Part shown: positions 1-8,756 of the stretch, piece by piece | How the letters are laid out: each line of letters starts with the position of its first letter | Numbering within the stretch: position 1 is the first letter of the stretch | Source of the DNA: an uncultured Actinomycetes bacterium | Lineage (GTDB): Bacteria; Actinomycetota; Actinomycetes; Nanopelagicales; Nanopelagicaceae | DNA length: 47,578 nt | Assembly (NCBI GenBank): GCA_964654815.1 | Contig: CAZZLH010000001.1 | Location: 1 to 47,578, forward strand | Reading direction: 5' to 3' | Program-made: the position numbers and the translations under genes | The notes under the pieces: model-generated | Databases searched by the model: none | The model's input: the letters and a program-made list of their open reading frames with translations, nothing else | What the model was told of the DNA's origin: nothing

Positions 1-14
1 AGAAAGAGAAGGCG

Positions 15-320
15 ATGTACCGCGCAGAGTTATGTGCTCTTGCTGTCTCGCTCTATCTCTCACTTGCACATCCACAGGATTTCTCAAGTGAAAAAGATTT
101 GGGGCAAGAGAAGGGAATACCTTCAGTTGATTCCTTGACTAAACGCCAATTAAATATCTTACGTGGCATGGTTGATGGTAAGACCAACCACGAATTAGCC
201 ACACAACTTGGATATTCAGTATCAACAATTCGCCATGAAACGATGAGGATTTATCAAGCGCTCGCAGTTAGTGATCGACGAGAGGCAGCGCAGCGAGCCT
301 TGGAATATGGGTGGGTTTAG
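15..320 (+). CDS. LuxR/GerE-type helix-turn-helix transcriptional regulator (possibly 5'-truncated by the window edge)
   Basis: The C-terminal segment LTKRQLNILRGMVDGKTNHELATQLGYSVSTIRHETMRIYQALAV fits the LuxR_C HTH pattern. The frame has no stop between nt 3 and 15, so the gene may begin upstream of the window. Confidence 0.7.
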   Translation: MYRAELCALAVSLYLSLAHPQDFSSEKDLGQEKGIPSVDSLTKRQLNILRGMVDGKTNHELATQLGYSVSTIRHETMRIYQALAVSDRREAAQRALEYGWV

Positions 321-354
321 TTCCACGCCTATCTGACCGATAATCTAGAGGCCT

Positions 355-2418
355 ATGGCGAGGACCCTTCCCACCCCTGCAGCCCCAGGCCAAGATGAGA
401 CTCGGGGCGTCTTAGCGATTCCGGCATTTCGCCGACTTTGGCAGTCAATGGCCTTCTCATCTTTAGGTGACTGGCTTGGGTTGCTTGCCACAACTGCAAT
501 GGCGCAGAAGCTATCGCAGGGAAATTACTCAACCGCTAACTTCGCTATCGCAGGTGTTTTTATTGCTCGCTTATTACCGGCGGTTTTCCTAGGACCAATC
601 GCGGGCGTAATCGCAGATCGTTTTGATCGCCGCAAATTGATGGTGATCGCGGATATCTTGCGCGGCCTGCTTTATGTATCAATCGCGCTCTTCCAAAACT
701 ATTACTGGCTCTATGCCGCAACAATTCTGGTGGAGTGCATAACGCTCTTCTGGTCTCCCGCCAAAGAGGCATCAGTTCCAAATCTGGTGCCCAAAGAGAA
801 ATTAGAGTCCGCCAACCAAGTCTCGCTCTTGGCTGCATACGGAACGGCTCCAATCGCTGCGGGGCTCTTCTCTCTTCTGGCTTTGATCACCGGTGCGCTC
901 ACCGCGATTTTTCCATTTTTAAATGGCAACACCACAGATGTTGCTCTGTATATCAATGCCATCTCATTCTTTTATACCGCTTGGATTGTCTTTGGCATGG
1001 AGGAAATACCTAAAGGAGCAGCATCATCAAAGGGCAATGACAATATTGCAAAGTCGTTGCTCGAAGGATGGCGTTCGGTAAGCCAGAGCAAGATTGTTCG
1101 TGGTCTGATCGTTGGAATGGTTGGCGCATTCATGGCTGCCGGTGCAGTGATTGGTTTAGCGCGAACTTTCGTCAGCGACCTTGGTGGCGGCGATGCCGCC
1201 TATGGCGTGCTCTTTGGCTCGGTATTTACCGGATTAGCTGCGGGTATTGCCTTTGGACCGCGCATACTCTCGCAATTTTCCAGACGTAGATTATTTGGTG
1301 CATCTTTAGCCACCGCAGGTTTCTTCTTAGTGGGATTAGCGCTAATCAACAATTTAGTAATCGCCATCCTGATTACTTTGATTTTAGGCGCATTTAGTGG
1401 AATTAGTTGGGTAACAGGCTTCACCATGCTTGGCATGGAGGTTGAAAATGAGGTGCGAGGCCGAACCTTTGCCTTCGTTCAATCGTTAATTCGCGTGGTT
1501 TTGGTAGCGGTGCTGGCAATTGCGCCATTGATTGCCGCAGCAGTTGGCCAACACACATATAAATTCGAGAACACGCAAGTCCAGTACAACGGCGCGGCAA
1601 TCACCATCTTGATCGCTGGAATATTGGCTGGGCTAATTGGCATCGTCTCATACCGGCAAATGAGAGACCGCCCTGGTGTTTCGCTGATGAGCGATATTGC
1701 TGCAGCGCTTCGTGGCGATTTAGGTGCCGCAATTTCAGGCCACGCCAAAGGAGTCTTTATCTCGTTTGAAGGTGGAGAAGGTTCTGGCAAATCAACCCAA
1801 TCTAAGTTGCTAAAAGAGTTCTTCGAATCAGAGGGCAAAACCGTAGTCTTAACACGTGAGCCAGGTGGCACCAAACTTGGTAAAGAGCTAAGAGATATCT
1901 TGTTGCACACACATGATGATGTGTCACCAAGAGCGGAGGCGCTGCTCTACGCCGCTGATCGCGCACACCATGTCGAAACAGTGATACGACCGGCACTTGA
2001 CCGAGGCGAGATAGTTATTACGGATCGCTATCTGGATTCCTCTATTGCATATCAAGGCGCAGGCCGTGTGCTCTCACCCGGAGAGGTCGGAAGAATCTCC
2101 AGATGGGCGACTGAATCATTGACTCCGACTTTGACCATCATCATCGATTTGCCCGCGGAAATTGGCATCAAGCGCTTGAAATCTAAAGATCGCCTGGAGC
2201 GCGAATCATTGGCTTTCCACGAGCGAGTGCGGCAAGAGTTCTTATCGCTTGCCCTATTGGATCCAGAACGATACCTAGTCGTGGACGGTCGTTTATCGGT
2301 AGAAGAGTTAAACGCCACCATCATCGCCCGAGTTTCAGAGTTACGAGACTTAAATAAAATAGAGCAGACCGAGAAAGTGAAATCCAAAACAAATCGTTTA
2401 CGAAAGTTACGTAAATGA
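355..2418 (+). CDS. tmk: Bifunctional MFS-type membrane transporter / dTMP (thymidylate) kinase fusion protein
   Basis: The N-terminal ~435 aa are a multi-helix hydrophobic domain with the MFS loop motif GVIADRFDRRKL. From about nt 1750 there is a complete Tmk domain (P-loop FEGGEGSGKSTQ, TREPGGT, DRYLDSSIAYQG). It is one uninterrupted ORF, and its stop overlaps the holB start (ATGA). Confidence 0.9.
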   Translation: MARTLPTPAAPGQDETRGVLAIPAFRRLWQSMAFSSLGDWLGLLATTAMAQKLSQGNYSTANFAIAGVFIARLLPAVFLGPIAGVIADRFDRRKLMVIADILRGLLYVSIALFQNYYWLYAATILVECITLFWSPAKEASVPNLVPKEKLESANQVSLLAAYGTAPIAAGLFSLLALITGALTAIFPFLNGNTTDVALYINAISFFYTAWIVFGMEEIPKGAASSKGNDNIAKSLLEGWRSVSQSKIVRGLIVGMVGAFMAAGAVIGLARTFVSDLGGGDAAYGVLFGSVFTGLAAGIAFGPRILSQFSRRRLFGASLATAGFFLVGLALINNLVIAILITLILGAFSGISWVTGFTMLGMEVENEVRGRTFAFVQSLIRVVLVAVLAIAPLIAAAVGQHTYKFENTQVQYNGAAITILIAGILAGLIGIVSYRQMRDRPGVSLMSDIAAALRGDLGAAISGHAKGVFISFEGGEGSGKSTQSKLLKEFFESEGKTVVLTREPGGTKLGKELRDILLHTHDDVSPRAEALLYAADRAHHVETVIRPALDRGEIVITDRYLDSSIAYQGAGRVLSPGEVGRISRWATESLTPTLTIIIDLPAEIGIKRLKSKDRLERESLAFHERVRQEFLSLALLDPERYLVVDGRLSVEELNATIIARVSELRDLNKIEQTEKVKSKTNRLRKLRK

Positions 2419-3539
2419 GTGTTTACGATGAATTGATCGGCCAAAATCACATAATCGAAGTGTTGAGCGCGGCAGTCAGCGCCGCAGCCTCTGGGCAAGA
2501 GAGCCAAGAGATGACACATGCCTGGATCTTCACTGGCCCGCCCGGAAGTGGCAGATCATCTGCCGCAATTGCATTTGCGCAGGCTTTAGTCTGTAAATCA
2601 GGTGGCTGTGGTACCTGCAATGCATGTATTACTGCAAAATCTGGTGCACATCCAGATATCGAAATCCTGCGTAGCGAAGGCCTCTCCATAAAGGTGGAAG
2701 AGGTGCGCGAGCTGCTCACCCGAACCGCTTGGGCGCCATCTATGGGAGGTTGGCGAGTAGTGATCATGGAAGATGCAGATCGACTCACCGAGTCGGCAGC
2801 AAATGCGCTATTGAAGGCGATAGAAGAGCCAGGTTTACGAACCGTTTGGTTGCTCTGTGCACCAACTCTGCACGATATCTTGCCCACAATTAGGTCACGT
2901 TGTCGTCATGTGCAATTGCGTACCCCAGCCAACCACGAAGTCGCAGAATACTTAGTAGCCAAACATCAGATTTCACCCAAGATGGCAGATTTTGCTGCGC
3001 GCGTCTCGCAAGGACATATTGGTAGAGCCAGACATCTAGCTACAAATGAAGCGGTCCGCGAACGACGTAATTCAATTTTAAGTATCCCGAGCCAATTAAA
3101 TTCGGTGGCCGCTGCATATTCGGCCGCACAAAAGTTAGTGGATTTGGCCAATGCCGAATCAGATGCGATAACCGAGGCGCTGGATGAGAAGGAGTATGAA
3201 GAGCTCTCAACCGCGTTGGGCAAGGGAAGTGGCAAAGCGCTAAAGGAGTTAGAGAAAGAACAGAAATCTCGCGCCACCAGAATCACTCGAGATACTTTGG
3301 ATGGCGCGTTACTGGATCTAGCAACTTTCTATCGAGATGTCTTATTAGTGCAAGCTGGCCATGATGGCGCTCTGATCAATGCCGAATTGACAGAGGAGAT
3401 TAAGAAGATCGCTTCAGGTACCCAATCACATAGAACCTTGGCCAAAATGGATGCCATCATGAAGGCACGCGAGAATCTTCAGCGTAACGGGGCGCCACTT
3501 CTGGTTATGGAAGCGTTGATGTGCGAATTAACAAAGTAA
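2415..3539 (+). CDS. holB: DNA polymerase III subunit delta' (clamp loader)
   Basis: Carries Walker A GPPGSGRS, the zinc module CKSGGCGTCNAC and the sensor motif TIRSRC. It follows tmk, as in other Actinobacteria. Confidence 0.92.
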   Translation: MSVYDELIGQNHIIEVLSAAVSAAASGQESQEMTHAWIFTGPPGSGRSSAAIAFAQALVCKSGGCGTCNACITAKSGAHPDIEILRSEGLSIKVEEVRELLTRTAWAPSMGGWRVVIMEDADRLTESAANALLKAIEEPGLRTVWLLCAPTLHDILPTIRSRCRHVQLRTPANHEVAEYLVAKHQISPKMADFAARVSQGHIGRARHLATNEAVRERRNSILSIPSQLNSVAAAYSAAQKLVDLANAESDAITEALDEKEYEELSTALGKGSGKALKELEKEQKSRATRITRDTLDGALLDLATFYRDVLLVQAGHDGALINAELTEEIKKIASGTQSHRTLAKMDAIMKARENLQRNGAPLLVMEALMCELTK

Positions 3540-5011
3540 CGCTCAAATACCTAGCGGTCTCTGCGGCGCTGGTGCTATTAGCAGCCTCGCTGGCAAATCT
3601 GCTATTTAAATCTCAAGACCCATTCCAGCCAGTTAAGACAGAGATAAAGAGCGAATCGTTAGATAACTTCTACCAGCAAACTCTGGACTGGAAAAGTTGT
3701 TATGACCAATTTGAATGCGCCATGTTCAAGGTGCCTATCGATTACGAGAATCTATCTTTAGGTGAATTTGATATCGCAGTTATGCAGCATCGTGCGGCCA
3801 AATCAAGGGGAAATCTAGTAATTAATCCAGGCGGGCCAGGTGGCTCTGGAGTCGAATACACCTATTCATACGAAGAGGTCTTCACCAAGCCAATCATTGA
3901 TTCATTTAACTTAGTGGGCTTTGATCCGCGAGGAGTCGGCCGCTCTGCACCAATTAAGTGTTTGACGGATGCCGAGACCGACCAGGCCTATGCCAAGGCG
4001 AGCTACCCCGCAGATGAGGCGGAGATTGAGCAGTTGCAGGCTGAAAGCGCCGCTTTTGCCGAGAAGTGCAAGGAAGAAAATAAGTACTTGCAGTATTACT
4101 CAACGGCCAATGCGGCAAAGGACATGGATGTGCTTCGTGCGCTATTGGGAGATGAAAAGTTAAATTTTCTTGGAAAGTCATACGGTACTTACCTCGGAAC
4201 TTTATATGCCAAGCAATTTCCGGATCGGGTAGGAAGATTTGTCTTAGATGGCGCGGTGGATCCAACATTAAGTTCTATGCAACAAACTTTGCAACAGGCA
4301 GTTGGTTTTGATTTAGCATTCAAAGCCTTTGCAACTGACTGTCAAAAGTCTGCAGGTTGCATATTTACAGGTGACCCCATAGCCCAAATAGAGTCCAAAC
4401 TTGCCGAGATTAGGAGAGAGCCAATCTCAGTCGATAATCGTAAATTGACCGAGTCGCTTGTGATGTATGGAATTGCCATGGGGCTATATGACAAAGTTCA
4501 AGGTTGGCCGCAATTACGCGGCGCACTTAAAGAGTTATTTAATGGAAATGGCAAACCAATCCTTGAGATGTCAGATTTCTACACTGGAAGAGATTCGAAT
4601 GGAAAATATCAAGGCAATGAGGCTGAGGCGCTCACTGTAATCTCATGTGCAGATTTCCCGGTTTCAAATGTTGATTTAGCTGCCACAAAAGCAGCAGCGC
4701 CTTTCTTCGGTAAATATGTGGCTTACAGCGATATGGATTGCAACTATCTGCCCCGTGGAAAATATGTCACGGTAGCTGGAACTTTAAAACTATCTGCCCA
4801 AGTTTTAGTCATCGGAACTACCAATGACCCAGCTACGCCTTACCAATGGGCGGTAAAACTCTCGCAGATTCTGACCAATTCCAAGCTAATCTCACTGGAA
4901 TCCGACGGCCATACCGGCTACAACCGCGGCTCCAGCTGTGTGGATCGCTCCGTGGAAAAGTATCTAATTTCGGGGGAAATTCCCGCACAAAACCTCGCAT
5001 GTAGCGCGTAA
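3521..5011 (+). CDS. Secreted alpha/beta-hydrolase, tripeptidyl aminopeptidase (S33, Tap-like) family
   Basis: Has an N-terminal hydrophobic signal/anchor, GGPGGSG, the nucleophile elbow GKSYGT, and a C-terminal TAP-like region (TNDPATPY ... DGHTGY). The GTG start overlaps the holB 3' end by 19 nt. Confidence 0.8.
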   Translation: MRINKVTLKYLAVSAALVLLAASLANLLFKSQDPFQPVKTEIKSESLDNFYQQTLDWKSCYDQFECAMFKVPIDYENLSLGEFDIAVMQHRAAKSRGNLVINPGGPGGSGVEYTYSYEEVFTKPIIDSFNLVGFDPRGVGRSAPIKCLTDAETDQAYAKASYPADEAEIEQLQAESAAFAEKCKEENKYLQYYSTANAAKDMDVLRALLGDEKLNFLGKSYGTYLGTLYAKQFPDRVGRFVLDGAVDPTLSSMQQTLQQAVGFDLAFKAFATDCQKSAGCIFTGDPIAQIESKLAEIRREPISVDNRKLTESLVMYGIAMGLYDKVQGWPQLRGALKELFNGNGKPILEMSDFYTGRDSNGKYQGNEAEALTVISCADFPVSNVDLAATKAAAPFFGKYVAYSDMDCNYLPRGKYVTVAGTLKLSAQVLVIGTTNDPATPYQWAVKLSQILTNSKLISLESDGHTGYNRGSSCVDRSVEKYLISGEIPAQNLACSA

Positions 5012-5046
5012 TTCCCATTTGGATTTGGTAATTAGCACCCCTTTAC

Positions 5047-5712
5047 GTGGTGCAAAATTCTCCCATGCGTCTAGACCATATCTCGTACGTGACTTCGCAC
5101 GATCAGATTTCAGATACCGTCCAACGTCTTGGCGCCAAACTCGGAACCACATTTGTTGATGGCGGAATGCATCCTCGATTCGGAACTCGTAATTTCACCG
5201 CGCCACTTCAAAATGGCCATTACATCGAAGTGGTCTGCCCACTTGATCATCCAGCTACGGAAAAGACGCCATTTGGTCGCGCGGTAAAGGAGAGAGCTGA
5301 AGAAGGCGGCGGCTGGTTAACCTGGGTTCTGTCAGTGGATGATGTAGCAAAGATTGAGTCACGATTGGGACGACCAGCTGTTGATGGTTCGCGTACCAAA
5401 CCAGATGGTCAAACACTTCGTTGGAAGCAGATTGGCATCTTGGCAACCTTAGAAGATCGCCAACTACCATTCTTTGTTGAATGGATCGAGAATCATCACC
5501 CATCAGCTGATGGCAAAGCATCTGCAAAGATTTCACGAATTGAAGTTGCAGGTGAGCCAAGCAAAGTTCGTGAATATCTCGGAGTTGAATTTAGTGATGC
5601 GTTGGGCGAGGATGTAGAAATTCGCTGGTTAACTCCAGAAGAGGCTGAGGGCGACACCGGAATCATCTCTGTGCAGTTTGAAACTCCGCATGGACCTGCG
5701 TTAATAGATTAA
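5047..5712 (+). CDS. VOC / glyoxalase-like domain protein
   Basis: LDHISYVT ... GHYIEVVCP ... FFVEWI pattern typical of Glyoxalase-like (VOC) domain proteins; GTG start. Confidence 0.6.
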   Translation: MVQNSPMRLDHISYVTSHDQISDTVQRLGAKLGTTFVDGGMHPRFGTRNFTAPLQNGHYIEVVCPLDHPATEKTPFGRAVKERAEEGGGWLTWVLSVDDVAKIESRLGRPAVDGSRTKPDGQTLRWKQIGILATLEDRQLPFFVEWIENHHPSADGKASAKISRIEVAGEPSKVREYLGVEFSDALGEDVEIRWLTPEEAEGDTGIISVQFETPHGPALID

Positions 5713-5729
5713 TTTAAATAACTTAATCC

Positions 5730-5801
5730 GCCTCCGTGGCTCAGTGGTAGAGCAGCTCATTCGTAACGAGCAGATCGTCGGTTCGATCCCGACCGGGGGC
5801 T
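5730..5801 (+). tRNA. tRNA-Thr (anticodon CGU)
   Basis: Hand-folded cloverleaf. Acceptor GCCTCCG/CGGGGGC (one G-U pair), D arm GCTC-AGTGGTA-GAGC, anticodon arm GCTCA-TTCGTAA-CGAGC (CGT at positions 34-36), variable loop AGATC, T arm GTCGG-TTCGATC-CCGAC, discriminator T. CCA is not encoded. Confidence 0.9.
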
Positions 5802-5813
5802 CAAAAACTTAAA

Positions 5814-7007
5814 TTAATCGACCTTAAATCCATCGCGAATCTCGCCCGGGGTTAAACCAGCTGCGGCATGATCCACCTGCTCGCCACGTGCCAATTGTGC
5901 GGCGTGGGCCTGGTTATGCCAGCGATCCTCGATCTTGCCATAGCGCCAAATAGCTAGCGCCAATATCCAAACAATCGCAAAGGTAGCGACGATTACATAA
6001 CCAGCGCTATTTAAGTTCATGGTATTTGCCCAATCCCAATAGCCACCAGTTAGCTTCAACTGTTGCGATAACACTTGTGAAAGTTCTAAGCCACCAATAA
6101 ATAGCGCGGTACCAACAGATAAGCCAGTGATCACAATGTTGTAGTAGACCTTGCGCACTGGCTTTGAGAAGGCCCAGCCATATGCGAAGTTCATGAAAGA
6201 ACCATCAATTGTGTCTAGCAAAGACATACCGCCTGCAAAGAATAGCGGCAAGGAAATTACTGCCCACCAAGGTAGACCGGCGATGACTGATGATCCGGCT
6301 AATACCAAGAGACCGACTTCGGTCGCAGTATCAAATCCCAACCCGAATAAGATGCCAAGCGGATACATCTTCCAAGATTTATCAATACGCCGTGCGATTG
6401 GGCCGAAGAAGCGCATAAAGAAACCGCGAGAATCCAATTGCTTCTCCAGTTCTGCCTCGCTGTAAGCACCTTGACGCATTTTGAAGAAAATCTTAAGAAT
6501 TGAAGTCATGACAATTAAATTAAGAATGGCAATAAGCAGCAAGAATGAGCCAGATACCGTCAAGCCGATTAAGCCGGTGTAATGATGTAGCGCAGAATCT
6601 TCATTTTTAAGTTGTGCGCCCACTGCGGCGATGCCAAAGTTCAAAATAATGGCAAGACCTGCGACCACTGAGGAGTGTCCAAGAGAGAAGAAGAAGCCAA
6701 CACTTAACGGCCTTTGACCGTCTGACATCAATTTTCTAGTGGTGTTATCAATTGCCGCAATATGGTCGGCATCGAAAGCATGGCGCATACCTAAGGTGTA
6801 AGCCAGAGCAGCAGTGCCCCAACCAAAGATCGAGCCATCAGAGAGTTGGTAATTTCCTGAAGTCGCAGCCCACATCAAGATGATGGCTGATATGTGTAAA
6901 AAGGCGATAAAGCCAAACATGGCCCACAATCGACGCTTCTCATCTCGAGTAAGGGTGATATGGCCGCGGATAGATTCCTTGGCGGCAGGGGTGCTGATCT
7001 GGTTCAT
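5814..7007 (-). CDS. Nickel/cobalt high-affinity permease, NiCoT (HoxN/HupN/NixA) family
   Basis: Carries the NiCoT signature RHAFDADHIAAIDNTTR and the second signature GLGFDTATEVG in a multi-TM protein. The ORF track starts at GTG 7058. I prefer ATG 7007 (MNQIS..., AAAGG 7 nt upstream), which leaves a 72-bp divergent control region. Confidence 0.88.
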   Translation of the reverse strand: MNQISTPAAKESIRGHITLTRDEKRRLWAMFGFIAFLHISAIILMWAATSGNYQLSDGSIFGWGTAALAYTLGMRHAFDADHIAAIDNTTRKLMSDGQRPLSVGFFFSLGHSSVVAGLAIILNFGIAAVGAQLKNEDSALHHYTGLIGLTVSGSFLLLIAILNLIVMTSILKIFFKMRQGAYSEAELEKQLDSRGFFMRFFGPIARRIDKSWKMYPLGILFGLGFDTATEVGLLVLAGSSVIAGLPWWAVISLPLFFAGGMSLLDTIDGSFMNFAYGWAFSKPVRKVYYNIVITGLSVGTALFIGGLELSQVLSQQLKLTGGYWDWANTMNLNSAGYVIVATFAIVWILALAIWRYGKIEDRWHNQAHAAQLARGEQVDHAAAGLTPGEIRDGFKVD

Positions 7008-7023
7008 GCGATACCTTTGTATT

Positions 7024-7038
7024 TGCAAATCATTTGCA
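7024..7038. promoter_or_regulatory. Perfect 7-1-7 inverted repeat TGCAAAT-C-ATTTGCA; candidate Fur-family (Nur-like, nickel-responsive) operator
   Basis: Read directly from the sequence. It sits in the divergent spacer between the NiCoT gene and the 7080 gene. It also reads as TTGCAA-N5-TTGCAT (7023-7039), one mismatch from the Streptomyces Nur box tTGCaa-N5-ttGCAA as I recall it. Confidence 0.5.
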
Positions 7039-7079
7039 TAAAGTTTAGGTCTTTCCACAGGTTATGTCTAGTTTGGTTC

Positions 7080-8663
7080 ATGCAAAGATTCGCCGTGCGA
7101 AAAACGGCAATCTCCCTCACGATCTGGTCGATTGCCGCCTCGCTTCTACTTCTCGCTCCACCAAGGGCAGGCGCCGCAGCTTGTGATTGGGATACGGCCG
7201 CTGGTTGGGTCTCTCGCGAAAACCTCAAGAAGGGAAATCCGGATTGGGCGGCAGGTATCCCGCTTCGCTACGGCGGAGATTTCGCATTGAGGGATCAAAA
7301 TGGTGGCTTCGATAATTGGGTTGAGAGCGGACTAAAGGGCAAGAGAGTTGAAGGTTGGTTTGACTCCGTAAGCGCAACCTGCGGTCAGAGCGTTGATCTT
7401 CATCTATCGGCAAATGCCGCACCGGTTGATATCTCGGTCTATCGACTTGGATTTTACGGTGGCGCTCGCGCCAGGTTAATTGCACAGTATCGAACTAAGA
7501 AAGCTATACCAGCTTACGATCCACCGTTAATTTCAAGCGCGCCACGTTCTACTGTTACTACAAAATGGCCCAGCAATTTTCAATTTAAAGTGACTTCAGA
7601 GACGCCTCCGGGGCAATATGTATTTCGATTAGAGGATGGCGTCGGTAATCCAACTTTCGTGCCATTGATGATCACTAATCCCGAGAATCGTTACGGCTTA
7701 ACTTTTATTTCATCAGTTATGACTTGGCAGGCGTACAACCAATGGGGCGGATATTCGCTCTATAAGGGACCAAATATAAAGCGGACTTCTCGTGCAACAG
7801 TAGTGAGTTTTGAACGACCTTATGATGGCGATGGCTCTGGTCAATTAAGATACATGGAGCTACCTTTAATTAGAGTGGCAGAGAACCTTGGCTTAGATCT
7901 GAATTACGCCACCGATTACGAATTAGATGCTAATTCGCCATTGATCAAGAACGCCACTACTTTGATTCTAGGTGGCCACCACGAGTATTGGACCAACAAT
8001 ATGCGCGACAATCTCGAAGCTGCAGTCGAGCGTGGCACCAACTTAATCAATTTCGGCGGCAACGCTGGCTACAATCGAATACGGATCGAGTCAGAGAATC
8101 GTCTAGCTATGTGGCGCAGGACCAAGAGCGATCCCTATGCCACCGTGCAAGATAAAGCGACGCTGCCGTGGAGACTTACACCAATCAAACGCCCGGAATC
8201 GCTCTTATTAGGTGCGCAGTACATTGGATTAGGCGCCTCAGGAAATTTCAAGATCACTCGGCCCGGACGTTGGCCATTTAATGCCATGTCCACGCCGGGT
8301 GAGCTTGAGACCGTAGTTGGGCGAGAGGTTGATTCTCCGCTCTACTCACCTGGTCCAGCGGTTGAATCTCTTGCCACGGCAGAGGTCACGGTTCAACGTA
8401 AGAGGGCGATTGCGATGGCAACTTATTACACACACAAATCAGGTGCAGGGGTTTTGAATATCAGCACCAATGGTTGGGTATGTTCCATGCAGAGCATCTG
8501 CCCTTGGCGTACCAAAGTCCCCGAAGCAACCAGAGAAAATCTCAAATTGGTCACAGAGGCGATCTTGATCGATGCCGCCAAGGGACCTTTGGCGCGAATT
8601 CGCCCCATGATTGTTGATGTTAAAGCGCGCACTTCCAATACGAAATTTTCTGATAACGCCTAG
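7080..8663 (+). CDS. Secreted protein with N,N-dimethylformamidase large-subunit-like (DmfA2/DUF6605-type, GATase1-like fold) domain
   Basis: Signal peptide MQRFAVRKTAISLTIWSIAASLLLLAPPRAGAAA. Motifs TWQAYNQWGGYSLY, GGHHEYWTNNMR and NFGGNAGYNRIRIE resemble this family, judged from memory of the family consensus. The track start at 6960 would overlap the NiCoT gene, so ATG 7080 is used. Confidence 0.55.
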   Translation: MQRFAVRKTAISLTIWSIAASLLLLAPPRAGAAACDWDTAAGWVSRENLKKGNPDWAAGIPLRYGGDFALRDQNGGFDNWVESGLKGKRVEGWFDSVSATCGQSVDLHLSANAAPVDISVYRLGFYGGARARLIAQYRTKKAIPAYDPPLISSAPRSTVTTKWPSNFQFKVTSETPPGQYVFRLEDGVGNPTFVPLMITNPENRYGLTFISSVMTWQAYNQWGGYSLYKGPNIKRTSRATVVSFERPYDGDGSGQLRYMELPLIRVAENLGLDLNYATDYELDANSPLIKNATTLILGGHHEYWTNNMRDNLEAAVERGTNLINFGGNAGYNRIRIESENRLAMWRRTKSDPYATVQDKATLPWRLTPIKRPESLLLGAQYIGLGASGNFKITRPGRWPFNAMSTPGELETVVGREVDSPLYSPGPAVESLATAEVTVQRKRAIAMATYYTHKSGAGVLNISTNGWVCSMQSICPWRTKVPEATRENLKLVTEAILIDAAKGPLARIRPMIVDVKARTSNTKFSDNA

Positions 8664-8756
8664 CGTTTTAACTACTAAATCGGGAGTTAATGCCGAAACA
8701 GGGGCTATTGTTCAGCGCAATTCCCCAAGCGTTTCTTTCCGTGCGGGGAGGCAATG

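Noticed and set aside
6960-7079. Long N-terminal extension of the 7080-8663 ORF (track start 6960) and GTG 7058 as the NiCoT start
   Set aside because: The extension would overlap the NiCoT coding region and precede an obvious signal peptide that begins at ATG 7080. GTG 7058 would leave only 21 bp between divergent genes and would place the 7-1-7 palindrome inside coding sequence.
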